The notes under the pieces: generated by a model
What the model was told of the DNA's origin: nothing
Databases searched by the model: none
Seen by the model: the letters and a program-made list of their open reading frames with translations, nothing else
From: Acidimicrobiia bacterium
GTDB lineage: Bacteria; Actinomycetota; Acidimicrobiia; Acidimicrobiales; SZUA-35
Assembly: GCA_029863385.1 (NCBI GenBank)
Contig: JAOTVU010000001.1
Location: 2,476 to 66,475, forward strand
Direction: 5' to 3'
DNA: 64,000 bases
Program-made: the position numbers and the translations under genes
Part shown: positions 9,331-18,928 of the stretch, one piece after another
Position numbering within the stretch: position 1 is the stretch's first letter
Layout of the letters: the number at the start of each line of letters is the position of its first letter

Positions 9331-9575
9331 GCTCGTCGAAGCCGCCGCGCCATCACGATCCCGGCAACAGGCCCGGCAACGACGACCGCCACGACGACCG
9401 CGCCCAGCAGCCTGCTGTGGTCGAAAACCTCGCCGATGCTGCTCTCGTAGCCTTGATCCGGCCCCAGGTAGATGACCAGGTTCACCGCCACGATGAGCCC
9501 GACGACACCGCCGACGACGGCGCCAAGGAGGGCCACGGCAAGGCGTAAGCTGACACGATCGGTCGGTCGCTCCAT
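9327..9575 (-). CDS. small two-TM membrane protein (hypothetical)
   Basis: 82 aa with two hydrophobic helices and strongly G/C-ending third codon positions. Lies directly downstream of the ABC exporter pair on the same strand. Confidence 0.45.
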   Translation of the reverse strand: MERPTDRVSLRLAVALLGAVVGGVVGLIVAVNLVIYLGPDQGYESSIGEVFDHSRLLGAVVVAVVVAGPVAGIVMARRLRRA

Positions 9576-9659
9576 ACGATCAGTGTCCCCCGGCTCGATC
9601 TGTGCAGCCAGAGCCGAAGGTCCGTGGCACCTGGTCGTGTGGGGGTGGGCGGCCCGCCG

Positions 9660-11471
9660 CTACCCGAGGTCGATCAGGAGATCGGCCTGTTCCAAGACCC
9701 GGGGCCGGTGGGAGACGGCGAGCACGGCGATCCCGGCGTCGGCGACGTTCTCCCAGAGCTCGAACTCGGTGGCCACGTCCAGGGCCGACGACAGGTCATC
9801 GACGATCAGGAGTTCCGGACGCTGCACCAGCGCCCTCGCCGCTGCCACCCGTTGCCGCTGCCCGCCCGACAATCGCAGACCTCTCGGCCCGATGACCGTC
9901 GCCAGACCGGCCGGCATCATCGCCACGTCATCGGTCAGGGCCGCCACCCGTACCGTCTCTGGGAGGTGATGGGGTACGTGCCCCGGACTGGCCGATGCCC
10001 GAGCCGGATGGACCCAGGAGCCGGGATTGGGAACCACGTGGGAGCCGAGCAGGATATTGTCGGCCAGCGAATCGGACAGCAGCTGAGGGATCTGGGACAC
10101 GAAGGCGCATTGGGGTGGAACCAGGAAGGAGCCACGATCGACGATCTCGGAACCGTTCCAGCGGACCGAACCGGTGACGGTGGCCTCGGTGGCCAGGCCG
10201 AGGAGCACCCGAAGCAGCGTCGACTTGCCGCTGCCGATCCGACCGGTGACCACGACGAACGACCCGGCCTCGACGGTGAACGACAGGTCGGCGAAGACCT
10301 CACGGTCTCCGTAGCGGACCGTGAGGTTCTCCACCTCGAATCCTTCCAACGGCACCCGGGGACGGATCTGTCGGACGAGCAGATCGTGGTTCTCGGGCTG
10401 ATGCTCGGAGCGGACACCCCGACCGTGGCCGACCTCGAATGGCACGGGCCGCTCCGGATCCCGCTGCACCGGCAGGTTGTTGTGGCGCACGATCCGCCCG
10501 CGGTCGCCCTCGGCCACCAGCTCCTCCATGCCCTCGAAGGCCACCAAAGCCTGGCGATGACGGGTGATGAAGCGGGCGATCTGACGGGGAAAGTTGGCGA
10601 GCCAGGGCAGGTACGCCAGGAACAGCACGATCTCGGCCAGCTCGAACTCCCCGGAGGCGATGGCACCGGCCGTCACCACCAGGACCAGCGCCACCGCGAC
10701 ATCACTGGCCCCGAAGGCGAACTGAAACACCGCCTCACTCAACGTCCGGTCCCGGACCGCCGTTCGCCGGCGGGTGTCGACCAGGTGCTGGAAGTGAGCC
10801 ATCACCGGCCGGGCGGCGTCATTGACCTTGACCGTTGTCGCCCCGGCCATCAGGTCGCCCAGCATGCCGCCGACGGCCCGGGTGGCGGCCCGGTCCTCGC
10901 GGCGGAACTGTTTGATCCTCGAGTCGAGGAGGAGCACGACCACGGCCCCGGCCACCATCGGCACCGCGGCCAGCACCGTCGCCCTCAGGTTGACCTGGGC
11001 GAGGATGACCAGTCCGATGATGGTGAAGATCAGGCTCCCGGTGACGTCGAGCCACAGGTCGACGAACGACACGACATCACTCGTGTCGTCGCGGAATCGC
11101 GATACGGCGTCACCGGCCGAGCGGACCGGCGGTCCGGCGTCGCGGCCTCCGCTGACCATCTGGGCGTGCAGCATGTTTCCCTGCATCAGCGAACGCATGA
11201 ACGTCCAGCTCTTGGTGAACGACACCGCTCCGATCGAGAACACCGACAACCGGACCAGCTCGGCCACCAGAAGCATTCCAGCGATGACGTAGAGCCGCCG
11301 GATGTCGGAGTCGGTGAGGGCGGCGAAGGCCTCGGCGGTCAGCCAACCGGTCAGTGCCGGCAGCACGAGGAAGGTCACAAACGCAGCGAACCCGACCCAG
11401 AATTCGAACGGACGCTCCTGGCTCACCCGCCACCCCAGTCGTAGCACCGAGCGCTCGGTGGGGCTGATCAT
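9660..11471 (-). CDS. ABC exporter, fused permease/ATP-binding subunit
   Basis: N-terminal 6-TM region. Walker A GRIGSGKST, signature LSGGQRQRV, Walker B LLIVDD. Confidence 0.9.
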   Translation of the reverse strand: MISPTERSVLRLGWRVSQERPFEFWVGFAAFVTFLVLPALTGWLTAEAFAALTDSDIRRLYVIAGMLLVAELVRLSVFSIGAVSFTKSWTFMRSLMQGNMLHAQMVSGGRDAGPPVRSAGDAVSRFRDDTSDVVSFVDLWLDVTGSLIFTIIGLVILAQVNLRATVLAAVPMVAGAVVVLLLDSRIKQFRREDRAATRAVGGMLGDLMAGATTVKVNDAARPVMAHFQHLVDTRRRTAVRDRTLSEAVFQFAFGASDVAVALVLVVTAGAIASGEFELAEIVLFLAYLPWLANFPRQIARFITRHRQALVAFEGMEELVAEGDRGRIVRHNNLPVQRDPERPVPFEVGHGRGVRSEHQPENHDLLVRQIRPRVPLEGFEVENLTVRYGDREVFADLSFTVEAGSFVVVTGRIGSGKSTLLRVLLGLATEATVTGSVRWNGSEIVDRGSFLVPPQCAFVSQIPQLLSDSLADNILLGSHVVPNPGSWVHPARASASPGHVPHHLPETVRVAALTDDVAMMPAGLATVIGPRGLRLSGGQRQRVAAARALVQRPELLIVDDLSSALDVATEFELWENVADAGIAVLAVSHRPRVLEQADLLIDLG

Positions 11472-13342
11472 CGGGGGTCCCCGCTGGTGGCATCGGCACC
11501 CTCCGTCAGGTCGGCGGCGGCGAAGTCGAGCAGGCGGCGGTAGTAGCCTCCGTCCCGCTTCGCCAGATCGACACGCGGTCCGAACTCGATCAGTTGTCCG
11601 TTGTCGAACACAGCGATGTCGTCGACCTGCTGCAGGGTGGAGAGACGGTGGGCGATGACGATGGAGGTCCGGCCGGCGAGGAGTTCACGTATCGCCTTTC
11701 CGACGATGCGTTCGGTGCGGGGGTCGATGCGGGCGGTGGCCTCATCGAGCACGACCAGATCGGGCCGGCGGAGCCACACCCGGGCCAGAGCCAGCAACTG
11801 CGATTCACCGGCGGAGAGCCCGACGTCGGCGTCGAACACCGAGCGGTCCAGCCGCCGGGCCCCATCGCCGGGACCGAGGCCAACGCCGTCGAGCAGATGT
11901 CCGAGACCGACATCACGCAAGGTCCGTTCAACGGCTTCATCGCTGTAGTGCTCCTCGTCGGCGTCGTGGAACAGGGCGACGTTGTCACGCAGTGACCCCT
12001 GGTAGAGCTGCACCTCCTGGGGAACGACGGCGACGCGCCGGCGCAGCTCGGCCAGTGGAATGTCGGCGATCGGCACACCCCCGAGGCGCACGGTCCCGGA
12101 TGTGGTCTCCAGGAGCCGGGCCACGATTCGAGACATGGTGGTCTTGCCGCTGCCGCTGCGGCCGACGACCCCGAGCGAGCGCCCCGGCGCCAGCTCGAAG
12201 CTCACCCCCCGGAGCACCGGCTCGTTCTCGAAGTAGTGGAACTCGACGTCGTCGAACTCCACCGACAGCGGGCCCGGCGGAGGGCTGGTCGTGCCGAGGT
12301 CGAGGATGGTGGGCCGTTCGGCCCGAAGCTTGGCCACCCGGTTGAGTGCGCTCACCGCTTTCTGGGCGACCTCGAATCGCTCCACGATGCTGTCGAGCGG
12401 TCGGCGGATCTGCTGGGTGTACTGGAACAGCACGAAGGCGGTGCCGATGGTGATGGCCCCGGCCGACACCATGGTGGCACCCAGGATCAGGGAGGCGACG
12501 GTGCAGATGACAATGGCCAGGTTCAAACCCCACCAGAGGCGGACGAAGGCGCCCTCCTCCCGCATCCGGGTGTCGAGGAAGAACGAGGCGTCGTCGACGA
12601 ACCGGCCCATGACGTGCGGACCGGCTCCGTTGGAGCGGATGTCCTCGGCGGCGTTGAGGCGCTCCTCGATACCGCCGTAGAGCCGGGCCCGGGCGCTGAG
12701 CACACCCTCACTCTCGTTGACCAGGCGACCCCGATAGCGGAAGGCGACGGTGCCGGCCACGCCGATGTAGGCGCCCATGGCCAGCGCCAGCCGCCAGTCG
12801 AGGATGGCGAGGATGGTGACGGTTCCGAGCAGGATCAAGATCGCCGAGCCGACGGCGGTGACCACCTGGCTCAGGAAGTCCGACACCGACGTGATGTCAC
12901 CGTCGATGCGTTGGATGAGCGCGCCCGGCGGGTTGTGCTGATGAAACTCCTGGTCGAGGCCGAAGACGTGCTCCACCATCTGCATGCGGAGGTCGTTGGC
13001 GGTTCGCCAGGCCAGGCTGGTCGAGGCCCACGCCACACCGGCGGCCGTGATCTGACCGGCCAGCGCCAGGGCCAGATACAGCAGACCGAGCCGAACCAGC
13101 TCCGACCCGTCCGCTCCGGCGATGGCCTGGTCGACGGCGCGGCCGACCAGCAGCGGCCCGAACAACGGCAACAGGGCGAGCACGGTGAGCGCCAGCGTCA
13201 ACCCGCCGTAGGCGAACTTCTGAGGCCGGACCAGCGCCATCAACGTCGACCACTGGGCCTGCAATGCACGAACCTTCGGCGTGACGCCCGTATCCGCGGC
13301 GACCGGCGCCGCCGATTCCGTTCCCTCCATGGATTCCAGCAT
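11468..13342 (-). CDS. ABC exporter, fused permease/ATP-binding subunit (partner of 9660..11471)
   Basis: Walker A GRSGSGKTT, signature LSAGESQLL, Walker B LVVLDEAT. 4-bp overlap with the downstream partner suggests a heterodimer. Confidence 0.9.
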   Translation of the reverse strand: MLESMEGTESAAPVAADTGVTPKVRALQAQWSTLMALVRPQKFAYGGLTLALTVLALLPLFGPLLVGRAVDQAIAGADGSELVRLGLLYLALALAGQITAAGVAWASTSLAWRTANDLRMQMVEHVFGLDQEFHQHNPPGALIQRIDGDITSVSDFLSQVVTAVGSAILILLGTVTILAILDWRLALAMGAYIGVAGTVAFRYRGRLVNESEGVLSARARLYGGIEERLNAAEDIRSNGAGPHVMGRFVDDASFFLDTRMREEGAFVRLWWGLNLAIVICTVASLILGATMVSAGAITIGTAFVLFQYTQQIRRPLDSIVERFEVAQKAVSALNRVAKLRAERPTILDLGTTSPPPGPLSVEFDDVEFHYFENEPVLRGVSFELAPGRSLGVVGRSGSGKTTMSRIVARLLETTSGTVRLGGVPIADIPLAELRRRVAVVPQEVQLYQGSLRDNVALFHDADEEHYSDEAVERTLRDVGLGHLLDGVGLGPGDGARRLDRSVFDADVGLSAGESQLLALARVWLRRPDLVVLDEATARIDPRTERIVGKAIRELLAGRTSIVIAHRLSTLQQVDDIAVFDNGQLIEFGPRVDLAKRDGGYYRRLLDFAAADLTEGADATSGDPR

Positions 13343-13390
13343 GACCGAAACGGCGGTGCGGCACCCAATAATTTCGATGGGCCGAAGCGG

Positions 13391-14869
13391 CTACTTGGTC
13401 AGCTCCGTCAGATGATCCTGGTAACGGCCACCGCCGCCGTTGAGGAGGTCCTCGGTGGCCGGCACCGAATAGACCACGACCCGATCGTCGAGCAGGTCGC
13501 TGAAGGCCAGCAGGGTGCCGTCGTCGGACACCTCCAACCCGGTGGTCTGGTTGCCACCGATGATGGCATCGAGCATGTCGCCGGTCTCGGTGTCGATCAG
13601 GAGGACCGTGCCCCACTCCGGACCGGGAAGGTAGTACGACTCGGGATTGTTGCGACCGCGGTTGGAGACGAACAGCACCCGTCCGTCGGGGCTGAGATCG
13701 ATGGTGTTGGGTTTCTTGTCGGTCGTGGCCAGCACCGTGACCTCATCGGTTTCGGTGTCGACGGCGAAGATCGTGTCTTTGGTCATGTCGGAGGCGTATA
13801 CCACCGATCCGTCGGCGGGGCCGACCAGGTGGCGCATCGAGCCGCCGGTCCGGTGCAGCACCTGACTGTCGCCGGAGGCAAGATCGATGACCTCCAACTC
13901 GCCGGAGTCGAACCCGGTCACGTAGAGCCGTTCGCCGTCCGGCGTCGGATACAGGCCCCTGGGTGTGCGCACCGTCGAGAACAGACGGGTGACCTCGCCG
14001 GTGGCCAGGTCGATCTCCGAGACGTTGTCGTCAATCCAATTCGACGCGTACAGCGTGGTTTCGTCGAAGGAAAGGGCAATGACCTTCGTCCACGCCCCCT
14101 TGGTGTCGAACTGCCGCTTGACCGTCCGGCTGGCGACATCGATTTCGAACACGGAGTTCGTCTGCATCTGGCTGACGTAGGCGGTGTCGCCGGAGCGGTT
14201 GAAGATCACCTCGACCGCGCCCTGGTCGAGGTCGATGGTGGCCGTGACCTGCCCCGAGGCCACGTCGATCACGTCGACCCCGCTGCCGTTCAGGATTGTG
14301 GCCCAGACCTCGGTCCCGTCCGGGGTGAAGGCCACACCCTTCGGTGCGCCACCCACCTCCACCTCGAACAGCTTGTGCACCAGCTGGCCGGGCCGGTCGA
14401 GCCAGATGACGGCCTCGGTGGTGGCTCCGGGCGCGCCGTCGAGAACGATCTCGCCGTGATAGTCCTGGTAGCCGTCGGCCGAGACGGTGACCTCCACGAC
14501 CTCGGCCGGGATCTCCGCCGTGATCGGGTCGGGGCCTTGACCCTGGGCTGAGAATCCGTCGGCGGTGTTCAGGCTGACGCTCGCCTCCGGAGGATGCACC
14601 TCGATGGTCAGGGAGCGGGGTTCCGGCGGCCGGGTGGTCGTCGTTGACGGCTCGGTCGTTGCGGGCGCGGAGGTTTCGGTCGCCGATTGGTCGGCCACCG
14701 ACTCCGATTGAACCGAACCAACGGTCGACGCGGCGGCGGCCGATCCGCTCTGCTCGTCGGCTTCAACCGTCAGGCCTGCACAACCGACCAGCACCGCCAG
14801 GGCGGTCACGGTCCCGAACATCGCGGTGGCGGCTGCTGCGGGCCTTGGCCAAGCAGGGTGACGGATCAT
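13391..14869 (-). CDS. secreted lipoprotein with YVTN/YncE-type beta-propeller repeats
   Basis: Lipobox LVGCAG, T/S/P-rich linker, then repeated ~40-aa units (..P.G.a.tPDG..vyv.n..s..v.viD..). Confidence 0.75.
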   Translation of the reverse strand: MIRHPAWPRPAAAATAMFGTVTALAVLVGCAGLTVEADEQSGSAAAASTVGSVQSESVADQSATETSAPATTEPSTTTTRPPEPRSLTIEVHPPEASVSLNTADGFSAQGQGPDPITAEIPAEVVEVTVSADGYQDYHGEIVLDGAPGATTEAVIWLDRPGQLVHKLFEVEVGGAPKGVAFTPDGTEVWATILNGSGVDVIDVASGQVTATIDLDQGAVEVIFNRSGDTAYVSQMQTNSVFEIDVASRTVKRQFDTKGAWTKVIALSFDETTLYASNWIDDNVSEIDLATGEVTRLFSTVRTPRGLYPTPDGERLYVTGFDSGELEVIDLASGDSQVLHRTGGSMRHLVGPADGSVVYASDMTKDTIFAVDTETDEVTVLATTDKKPNTIDLSPDGRVLFVSNRGRNNPESYYLPGPEWGTVLLIDTETGDMLDAIIGGNQTTGLEVSDDGTLLAFSDLLDDRVVVYSVPATEDLLNGGGGRYQDHLTELTK

Positions 14870-14951
14870 GTTGCAAATCTAGCCCGCTGTGGCCCGGCGC
14901 CACCCGCGCCCGCGCGCGTCAGCGGGAAACGCAACGATCCGCCGACGGTGG

Positions 14952-16178
14952 CTACGATTCGCCGTCGAGATGTCGACAGAGTTCGCTCAGGAAGTATTCG
15001 CAGTCCGTGACGATGCCGGTGGCCTGGTGCGTGCCGCGATCGGTGAGCTTGATGACGGTGTCGGCGTCGGTGTCGACGCAGAACGTCGTGACCGAGGCCG
15101 GGAGAATGTTGCCGACCGCAACGGAGTGGAGCATCGTCGCCACCATCAGGCAAACGGCGGCGTTCCCGACCTGGGCCCGCATGGCGTCGGTGGCATCGAG
15201 CACGTTCGGGATCACGTCGGGCAACGGGCCATCGTCGCGGATCGATCCGCACAACACGAACGGCGTATCCGTCGTGACGCAGGTGTACATGACGCCGCCG
15301 GTGATGTCACCGGCCGAAACGGCCGCTGCGATCGAACCGGCCCGCCGGACACGATTGATGGCCCGTAGGTGGTGCGTGTGGCCGTGCGGGCCGGATCGCC
15401 CCGTGTCGAGGTCGACGCCGAGCGACGTGCCGAGCATGTTCGCCTCGATGTCGTGGGCGGCAAGTGCATTGCCGGCGAGCAGAACCGTCACCCAGCCGTT
15501 CTCGATCAGTTGGGCCAGGAGGTGTGCGCTGCCCGAGTGAACGATGGCCGGCCCGCCGACGAACACGACATCAAGGTCAGCGGCGCGTGCCGCTCGGATT
15601 GCGTCTGCGGCGTCGGCGATCATCCGTCGCTTTGGTCGCTCGGTCGACACGTCGCTGCTCATGAACTCGAAGTCGAGCCTGTGGTCGGCCGCATCCTCGC
15701 CGACGTCGACCCGGACACCGGTGCTGCCGACGACAAAGGTGTCCCCCACTTGTGCCTTGTGCATGGGACAGGTTTCAGCCCGCCACCTGTCGGTGTCCCA
15801 CCGGAGTCGGATACCGCAGTCCATCTCGATCCCCTCGACAGGAATCGCCTCCCCGCCGTGGAGGACGTAGGTCGGGAAGTTCGTGGTCGAGTGGAATCCT
15901 TCGGGAAGGACGCCGTCGACGTCGGTTGTGGCCAGTTCGACTTCGGCGTCGTCGTAGGTGGCGCCGAGCTCACCGGCCCGTCGGCAAGCGCTCACCAGCA
16001 GGCCGTGGTCGTGGGCCTGGATGGTCAGTTCGGCCAGCGACGGGTCGGTGGAGTTCTCGCCGACCCGGAATCGCCGAAGGCGGGTCGTGACGCCGAGAGC
16101 GTCGAGTTCGTCGAGGACCTGGGCCAGTCGATGCTGATCGAGCAGGTCGCCGTGCAGCGTGAGCCGCTCGCTCATCAT
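14952..16178 (-). CDS. LOR/SDH-domain, TIGR00300-like protein (ornithine cyclodeaminase-like)
   Basis: N-terminus LTLHGDLLDQHRLAQVLDELDALG..FRVGENSTDPSLAELTIQA and C-terminal block VFVGGPAIVHSGSAHLLAQLIENGWVTVLLAGNALAAHDIE, recalled from the family. Start trimmed to ATG 16178, preceded by GGAGGA. Confidence 0.65.
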   Translation of the reverse strand: MMSERLTLHGDLLDQHRLAQVLDELDALGVTTRLRRFRVGENSTDPSLAELTIQAHDHGLLVSACRRAGELGATYDDAEVELATTDVDGVLPEGFHSTTNFPTYVLHGGEAIPVEGIEMDCGIRLRWDTDRWRAETCPMHKAQVGDTFVVGSTGVRVDVGEDAADHRLDFEFMSSDVSTERPKRRMIADAADAIRAARAADLDVVFVGGPAIVHSGSAHLLAQLIENGWVTVLLAGNALAAHDIEANMLGTSLGVDLDTGRSGPHGHTHHLRAINRVRRAGSIAAAVSAGDITGGVMYTCVTTDTPFVLCGSIRDDGPLPDVIPNVLDATDAMRAQVGNAAVCLMVATMLHSVAVGNILPASVTTFCVDTDADTVIKLTDRGTHQATGIVTDCEYFLSELCRHLDGES

Positions 16179-16352
16179 CGGGCCGGATCCTCCAGTGCGT
16201 GGTCGCTCGCCATCGACTTGATCATTGCTCCCGCCTCCAACGGCAGATCCTCCCGATTGCGCCACGACTCACCATTCCCGGATTCGTCCGCGTCGACCAT
16301 TGCCGCATCGTAGAGCACACGGCCGACCCAGCACCACCGGCCTGTTCAGACG

Positions 16353-16429
16353 TGGTGGGCCCGGCGGGACTTGAACCCGCGACCGAGCGATTATGAGTCG
16401 CTTGCTCTGACCAACTGAGCTACAGGCCC
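16353..16429 (-). tRNA. tRNA with CAU anticodon (elongator Met, or Ile2 if lysidinylated), CCA encoded
   Basis: Cloverleaf folded by hand: GGGCCTG acceptor, GCTC/GAGC D stem, AGCGA-CTCATAA-TCGCT anticodon arm, GCGGG-TTCAAGT-CCCGC T arm, 3' ACCA. No C1:A72 initiator feature. Confidence 0.9.
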
Positions 16430-16617
16430 CGATCTCTTGCGCCGGTTCTCGCCCATGAGACTCCCCGGCAACTACTTGTCTGTCAAGATTCTAGGGCAGC
16501 AATCGACCCGGTGACAGACACTTCGATCACCCGGGCGAACCGACCGGTCCTGCACGACCCGCTTCGGGTCGATCTCCTGTCGATTTGTGTCGGGCACTAG
16601 AATCGCGGGTCGTGGCG

Positions 16618-17199
16618 ATGCTACCCAGCCAATCGTTCGCCGTGGCCGCCGTCGGGTTCATCCAACAGGATCTGGAGTCGCTGACAGCGGAGCTGGACGG
16701 CCGCGGCGTGAGTCTGGCCACGGGCCCTCCGCCCTGCGGCCCCTACGTGACCTACGTGAATGCCGACGAGCCGGAATTCAAGTGGACTCCCGGAAACGCC
16801 GAGTCCGTTCCTCGACGCATCGGCATGATCGTCTCGTCGAGCCTCTACTCGATGTCGTTCATCCGCCTCGCGCTCGAGCACGGGGCGAGTGTCGTCCACA
16901 CGTCGATGCGGTCCGCGGCCGTGGCCGACGTCATCGTGGCCCGGTCCAATGGCGAACTGCTGATCCCGATCGGTGTGGCCTCAGCCTTGGCGAACGGGAT
17001 TGGCCCGACACGGCTCCTGCCCGGCGAAGTGGTGGTGCTGCGTCTGCTAGCGGAACACAGGACGGTCGCCGCGGTGGCTTCGGCCGCCCACTACAGCGAG
17101 CGGCACGTCCGCAGAATCCTCCAGTCACTCCACCTCAAGGCCGGAACCTCCGACCGGGAGGAGATGATGCGTCTACTCAACGCAGCGATCGGCCACTAG
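16618..17199 (+). CDS. LuxR-family HTH transcriptional regulator (no canonical receiver domain seen)
   Basis: C-terminal LuxR-type HTH LLPGEVVVLRLLAEHRTVAAVASAAHYSERHVRRILQSLHLKAG. Start uncertain (TTG 16585 or ATG 16618). Confidence 0.6.
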   Translation: MLPSQSFAVAAVGFIQQDLESLTAELDGRGVSLATGPPPCGPYVTYVNADEPEFKWTPGNAESVPRRIGMIVSSSLYSMSFIRLALEHGASVVHTSMRSAAVADVIVARSNGELLIPIGVASALANGIGPTRLLPGEVVVLRLLAEHRTVAAVASAAHYSERHVRRILQSLHLKAGTSDREEMMRLLNAAIGH

Positions 17200-17250
17200 G
17201 GCGGATCGCACCGAGCACCCGGCTCGAGCTCAATCCGGAATCGTCCCCGG

Positions 17251-18777
17251 TCACCCACCCGTCGTGCGGAGTTCCACGCAACGATCGACGACCTGGCCTG
17301 CGTCCAGGCTGCCGTCGAGGAACCCGCCCATCAGTGACCGGAGATCGGGATCGGAGTAGGCGGTGTGTCCGACGACTGCCGTCTCGCAGAGCGGCACCTG
17401 ACGCCACAAACCGGAGTTGCGGGCAAGTTCGATCGGGGCGAACGGATCGGTTGCCGACCCGAAAACCACGGCGTCGATCTCCTCGCCGTCCACTGCGAGC
17501 CAGGCCGGCGGAGCCGTGCCGGCTGCCGTGGCCGACGGCTCTTGGCCGGTGATCATCTCGAGCAACGGAGGGTGCACGGTGATGGAGCAAATCGAGTAGT
17601 CGGCCAGCCATGAGTCGAAGGGGTTGGAACCACTGGGTGTGTAGGTCTCCATACGTGCCGGCGGCGTGATGGAGCTGCACAACGACACGAAATGGACCTT
17701 TCGATCAACGCCGATGCCCTCCCGCTCGCCGAGGGTGAACAGAACGGCTGCATCCCGTCGCTCGACCATGTCGGCGATTCCCTGGTAGAACGCCGACCAG
17801 TACTCCCGCCCGCGTAGAGCTGCCATGGTTGCGTGATCGACCATGACCGGCGTGAGCGGCTCCTCACCGACGCCGATGCCGGCACCGATGTCGAGCAGCG
17901 CCTCCCTCACCGCATCGTAGGACGTGTGGTCTTCGAGAAACGTCCGTGTGGAGTCGGGGCATTCGGGTTCGTCGGGACAGCCGGCCAGCAGGAGTGGGAC
18001 CGTAGCATTGACCGAATCCCGTACCGCCGCAACCCTGATGGCGGCGTCGACGTCGCTGGCCAGCACGGCGTCGGCCACCACCCGCTCCACCCGATTGGGA
18101 TGGCGGCGAACGAACGCTTCGGCCACCAGGGTGCCGTAGGAATGGGAGAGCACATCGGCTCTGTCGATGTCCAGTGCATCGAGCACTCGTACCCAGTCGT
18201 CGGCATCCTGAATCGACGACCCGCCCTGGGCGTCGAGGTGACCGGTGCACTCCTGACGGACGGCGGCCATCGTATCGGCCCCCTGATCGCTCAGGCCCGT
18301 GAAGTACTCTCGATCGGCCTCTCCGCAGAATCCACGGTTGATGGCCGACGACGCTCCGTCAACGGCGATGAACGCCGCACTGCTCGAGTTGAGCGGCAGC
18401 CCGCCGGCCAGAAGATGATCACGCGGCGATCCGCCCGGTCCACCGGGGTGATACAGGACGACGTTGTCCACGTCCAGCGGGTCGACCTCATTGGTCGAAA
18501 CCACCGCTACCTCGAGATCCCGTATCGGCCCCGGATTGTCGAGAACGAGGCAGAACGCCCGGCCGTCTCCGGTGTCGTCCGGCCCATCCTCGACCCCTAC
18601 TTCATCATCCTCGTCGCCCACGGCCTCGGGGCCGGCATCGGCATCGACCGGCCCGGCTGCTTCGCAATCACCGAGACTGGGCCCACGGGAGCGACCTCCT
18701 GCAACGGCTGCGGCCGCGCCGAGCAGGACGACAACCGTCATGGCGGCTACCAGAAGCAACGATGAGCGCAAGCGCAT
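17251..18777 (-). CDS. secreted alpha/beta hydrolase (tripeptidyl-aminopeptidase-like)
   Basis: Signal peptide MRLRSSLLLVAAMTVVVLLGAAAAVAGG. HPGGPGGS oxyanion region and nucleophile elbow SHSYGT. The track's N-terminal 65 aa were trimmed. Confidence 0.8.
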   Translation of the reverse strand: MRLRSSLLLVAAMTVVVLLGAAAAVAGGRSRGPSLGDCEAAGPVDADAGPEAVGDEDDEVGVEDGPDDTGDGRAFCLVLDNPGPIRDLEVAVVSTNEVDPLDVDNVVLYHPGGPGGSPRDHLLAGGLPLNSSSAAFIAVDGASSAINRGFCGEADREYFTGLSDQGADTMAAVRQECTGHLDAQGGSSIQDADDWVRVLDALDIDRADVLSHSYGTLVAEAFVRRHPNRVERVVADAVLASDVDAAIRVAAVRDSVNATVPLLLAGCPDEPECPDSTRTFLEDHTSYDAVREALLDIGAGIGVGEEPLTPVMVDHATMAALRGREYWSAFYQGIADMVERRDAAVLFTLGEREGIGVDRKVHFVSLCSSITPPARMETYTPSGSNPFDSWLADYSICSITVHPPLLEMITGQEPSATAAGTAPPAWLAVDGEEIDAVVFGSATDPFAPIELARNSGLWRQVPLCETAVVGHTAYSDPDLRSLMGGFLDGSLDAGQVVDRCVELRTTGG

Positions 18778-18928
18778 GTGGTTGGTGACTCCAGTCCGGG
18801 TCGTGGTGTTGGCGGTCGGACCTCCGGCCCGGTACGCGGAAGTCCTTGGCTTCAGGTCGGCTCTTCGAGGCAAACCATGACACCGCGGAGATCCGAAACG
18901 GGGCGTTGCCGAGAACGTACCAGGGATG

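Noticed and set aside
9624-11444. 606-aa plus-strand ORF
   Set aside because: It is antisense to the ABC exporter, which has Walker A/B and signature motifs. It has no motifs of its own.
12236-14551. 771-aa plus-strand ORF spanning the ABC exporter and the beta-propeller gene
   Set aside because: It runs antisense across two well-supported genes and an intergenic gap. The sequence is low-complexity G/R/D/H-rich. No stop codons by chance at this GC content.
16430-16584. Region next to tRNA-Met(CAU), considered as a possible island junction
   Set aside because: No integrase, no repeated tRNA fragment and no mobile-element ends are visible. It is probably just the LuxR promoter region.
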